Positions 61,574-64,000 of a stretch of 64,000 bases of DNA are shown here, piece after piece. Both the position numbers and the translations under genes were made by a program. The notes beneath the pieces are model-generated. The model had not been told where the DNA came from. It saw only the letters and a list, made by a program, of their open reading frames with translations, and searched no databases. The stretch's first letter is position 1. Each line of letters begins with the position of its first letter. Source of the stretch: Macrostomum lignano (Eukaryota); NCBI GenBank assembly GCA_002269645.1, contig NIVC01000886.1, positions 248,001 through 312,000 of the forward strand, given 5' to 3'.

Positions 61574-61658
61574 CCCACGTTTCCCACGTTAAATGTTCCC
61601 ACGTTAAATGTTCCCACGTTAAATGTTCCCACGTTAAATGTTAAATGTTCCCACGTTT
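61574..61658. repeat. 15-bp repeat (CCCACGTTAAATGTT) x5
   Basis: Direct reading; contains the SINE target sequence. Confidence 0.85.
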
Positions 61659-61984
61659 AGTTCAACTAGAAATTTCGCTCTAAAAATAGTCGCAATTGTT
61701 TGTCCTTGCGGCTCGTAGCAAAGATTCTATTGGGCCTATGGTTGCGAGGCCCAGCCAACGGGAGAAGACCCTACAGAGGGCAGAGAAGAGAAGTTCATTA
61801 GCTATAAAAAGAAGAGCTTTGGGCGGGTAGAGAAGTTTTAAGACTACACTCGTACCTCATATTTAAATTATAATTAAATTATATTTCTTTAATAAATTAT
61901 ATTAATAAATTTATTTTAATTATAATTTAAATTGTTCTTCTTCAAAGCTCTTCTGTTGCGCCTTTTGAACAACGCGGCGGCGAC

Positions 61985-62278
61985 ATGGGTAAAATTTTCA
62001 TCATTGATTTTGCAATTAATTCATTTAATTACTTAATAGAAAATCCTGAAACGATTGTTAAAATTAGAGATTTTTTCATTAATATTTCTCATGGAATAAG
62101 AAGTGACACTTCACTAGGAAGAGTTACTGCTGTTGTCCTTAGGCAAGCGGCTAATTGTTTATGGAATTATTTTGAAGAAAATCCCAATAGGATTTTTGAA
62201 ACTATTAAGTATATATTAAGAATATTTCAAATCTTATATTTCTTAGTGATCGGCGCTATTATCAAAATACAATCTTGA
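61985..62278 (+). CDS. Orphan AT-rich 97-aa ORF of unknown function
   Basis: GGCGACATGG start context; TATAAAA at 61803; no recognisable domain. Confidence 0.3.
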   Translation: MGKIFIIDFAINSFNYLIENPETIVKIRDFFINISHGIRSDTSLGRVTAVVLRQAANCLWNYFEENPNRIFETIKYILRIFQILYFLVIGAIIKIQS

Positions 62279-62304
62279 AATTATAATTATAATATTAAAA
62301 AAAA

Positions 62305-62575
62305 TTGATATTGAAAAATAAATTGATAATTAAAAAATAAATTGATAATTAAAAAATAAATTGATAATTAAAAAAAATTACAAATATATCCAGAAAGCTA
62401 CGAGCGTAGAAGAAGATACTGTACGAACGTAGCTCTCGCACTGCTGTTTTTTGACTCACCAAAAAAAGAAAAAAAACTTGCAAATAGCTATATATATCCA
62501 GATAGCTACAGAAGATACTTTACGAGAGTAGCTTTGCACTGTTGTTTTTGGCTCACCAAAAAAAGAAAAAAGGCA
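62305..62575. repeat. Short AT-rich tandem repeats plus an ~90-bp direct duplication
   Basis: AAAAATAAATTGATAATT x3-4; 62383-62476 resembles 62490-62573. Confidence 0.7.
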
Positions 62576-64000
62576 AAAAAAGTAACGTATAGCTAAAAGT
62601 AAAAAAAAAATACAAAAGGAGGAAAAAAACAGCAGTGCGCGGATCCACAGACAGCAGCCTTCCCGTGGCGATCCGTGTGAGTAGCTTTTTCAGTGACTGC
62701 CAAAAGCCAAGCTGAACGCCTGGGCGTCACTGCAAAGCGAAACCAATGGCTGTCTAACAAAAAAAATGATGATAAATTCTGGTGCCTCAAGTAGTTATAG
62801 TAAATTTAGAAAAATCTGAATTAATACTTGCTATCAGCAAAGTAGGTGTCATGACATAAAGGGTCATTTTTGACATATTCAGGGCAATTTTTTACTTCCT
62901 CCATCATACCAGTAGTTCTATATTGATTATTCAAAAAATCAATGGAAACAGCGCAGTGGTCAACTTAGTTCGAAGATCTTCCAACATAATAATTTTACCT
63001 GCCACACCTGCTCAATCATCCCTTTATCCATTTTCAATATGTATAATTCTTTAAACTTCATTCAATTCGCTGTCAAAACCAGGTCCCAACAGCTTTCAAC
63101 CATCAGTTCAGGGTCCTTGTCGTGACACTATACGAATATGTTTCCAGTAGTTTCTACGCTTATTATTAATAGTACAGTAATAAGTATATAATGTTTACCA
63201 ATGTAGCTTCTATTCTGGAAACTTCTGCGCTCTCCCCATATGCTAAAAATAGTAACATATTCTAGAAACCTCTCTCGCGCAGCATCCCAAGGCTTTAAGT
63301 AGAAACGCCCCTTATTGAAATACACACTTCTCCTCACTGCCGAGCACTCTGTTGGCCTGGTTAACTTGTAGCGAGTGAATCAAAGCGCAGTGGAATTAAC
63401 TTTGGCTAAAAGATACTCCCCCTCCTAGATGAAGTACATCACTATGCATTAGATAATCGGAGACAAAAAGTTTGAACAGTGAAGGGGAACGAGTAGGCAA
63501 GCAATGCATATGTCATAGGTTGATCGGTTAAAGCACTGTTTAAGTATTGCTAGGTGTACTGTCCTTCTGGAAGACTTGTGATATAGTGATATAGTAATAA
63601 TTGCTTATATTATGTATATTACTCGTTAAATGCGTTATAAAAATTATATATCCATTTATTAGCAAAATATTTCTGTCTAATTGATCATTAAAAGTAGCCT
63701 AAATATCGTGTTTTGCCTCAAGTACGCTTATAGTGCCTCTTATTTTTAATGCTTTGTTATAAATTGTCCGCCATTTTTATTAAAGTTACTATAAATATGA
63801 GCAAATAAATCTGTAGAGAGCTCAGACTTCTGTGGCCGCCTCTAGTAACAGGCTTTGCCTTTCGGCCGAATTGAACAGTTGTTCCAAAAATAGACCAATC
63901 TATGAGTTATTCCTTTGAAGGCGCCCGTCTTTCCCCTTCCCCGAGAGGTCCTGTTCAGCTTTAAGCGTACAGCCTTTTCTCCCTCTCCCCAGAGAACGTA

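Noticed and set aside
63128-63365. Minus-strand frame LTRPTECSAVRRSVYFNKGRFY...YIG with a GTAAAC donor
   Set aside because: Exon-like but no recognisable family and a weak acceptor; needs RNA-seq.

Overview
Repeat-rich eukaryotic (animal) genomic DNA. GC-rich, polyQ-containing exons sit between introns packed with minisatellites. This style and the gene families present resemble the flatworm Macrostomum lignano (inference). Left to right: (1) an apparently intact Ty3/gypsy LTR retrotransposon on the minus strand (gag, -1 frameshift, pol running off the left end), lying in an intron of (2) a dystrophin gene, of which the last four coding exons are present and one intron holds a tRNA-Ser(UGA); (3) a minus-strand locus where an ankyrin-repeat exon and a Mab-21/cGAS-like receptor (cGLR) nucleotidyltransferase are built from a duplicated exon module and appear to form one ANK-cGLR gene, which carries a few frame lesions; (4) a transposon graveyard with LINE 3' ends, MITEs, an LTR-like promoter with PBS, a nested hAT/foldback/MULE-like stack, a decayed gypsy pol and two piggyBac relics; (5) a PWWP+IBD (HDGFL2/LEDGF-like) gene; (6) a TMEM26-like gene; plus two tRNA-derived SINEs and about 20 tandem-repeat arrays. 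The top candidates are the ANK-cGLR locus and the MEF2/CRE/AP-1/FoxO-packed LTR inside the dystrophin intron. All work was done by eye; no database searches were run.
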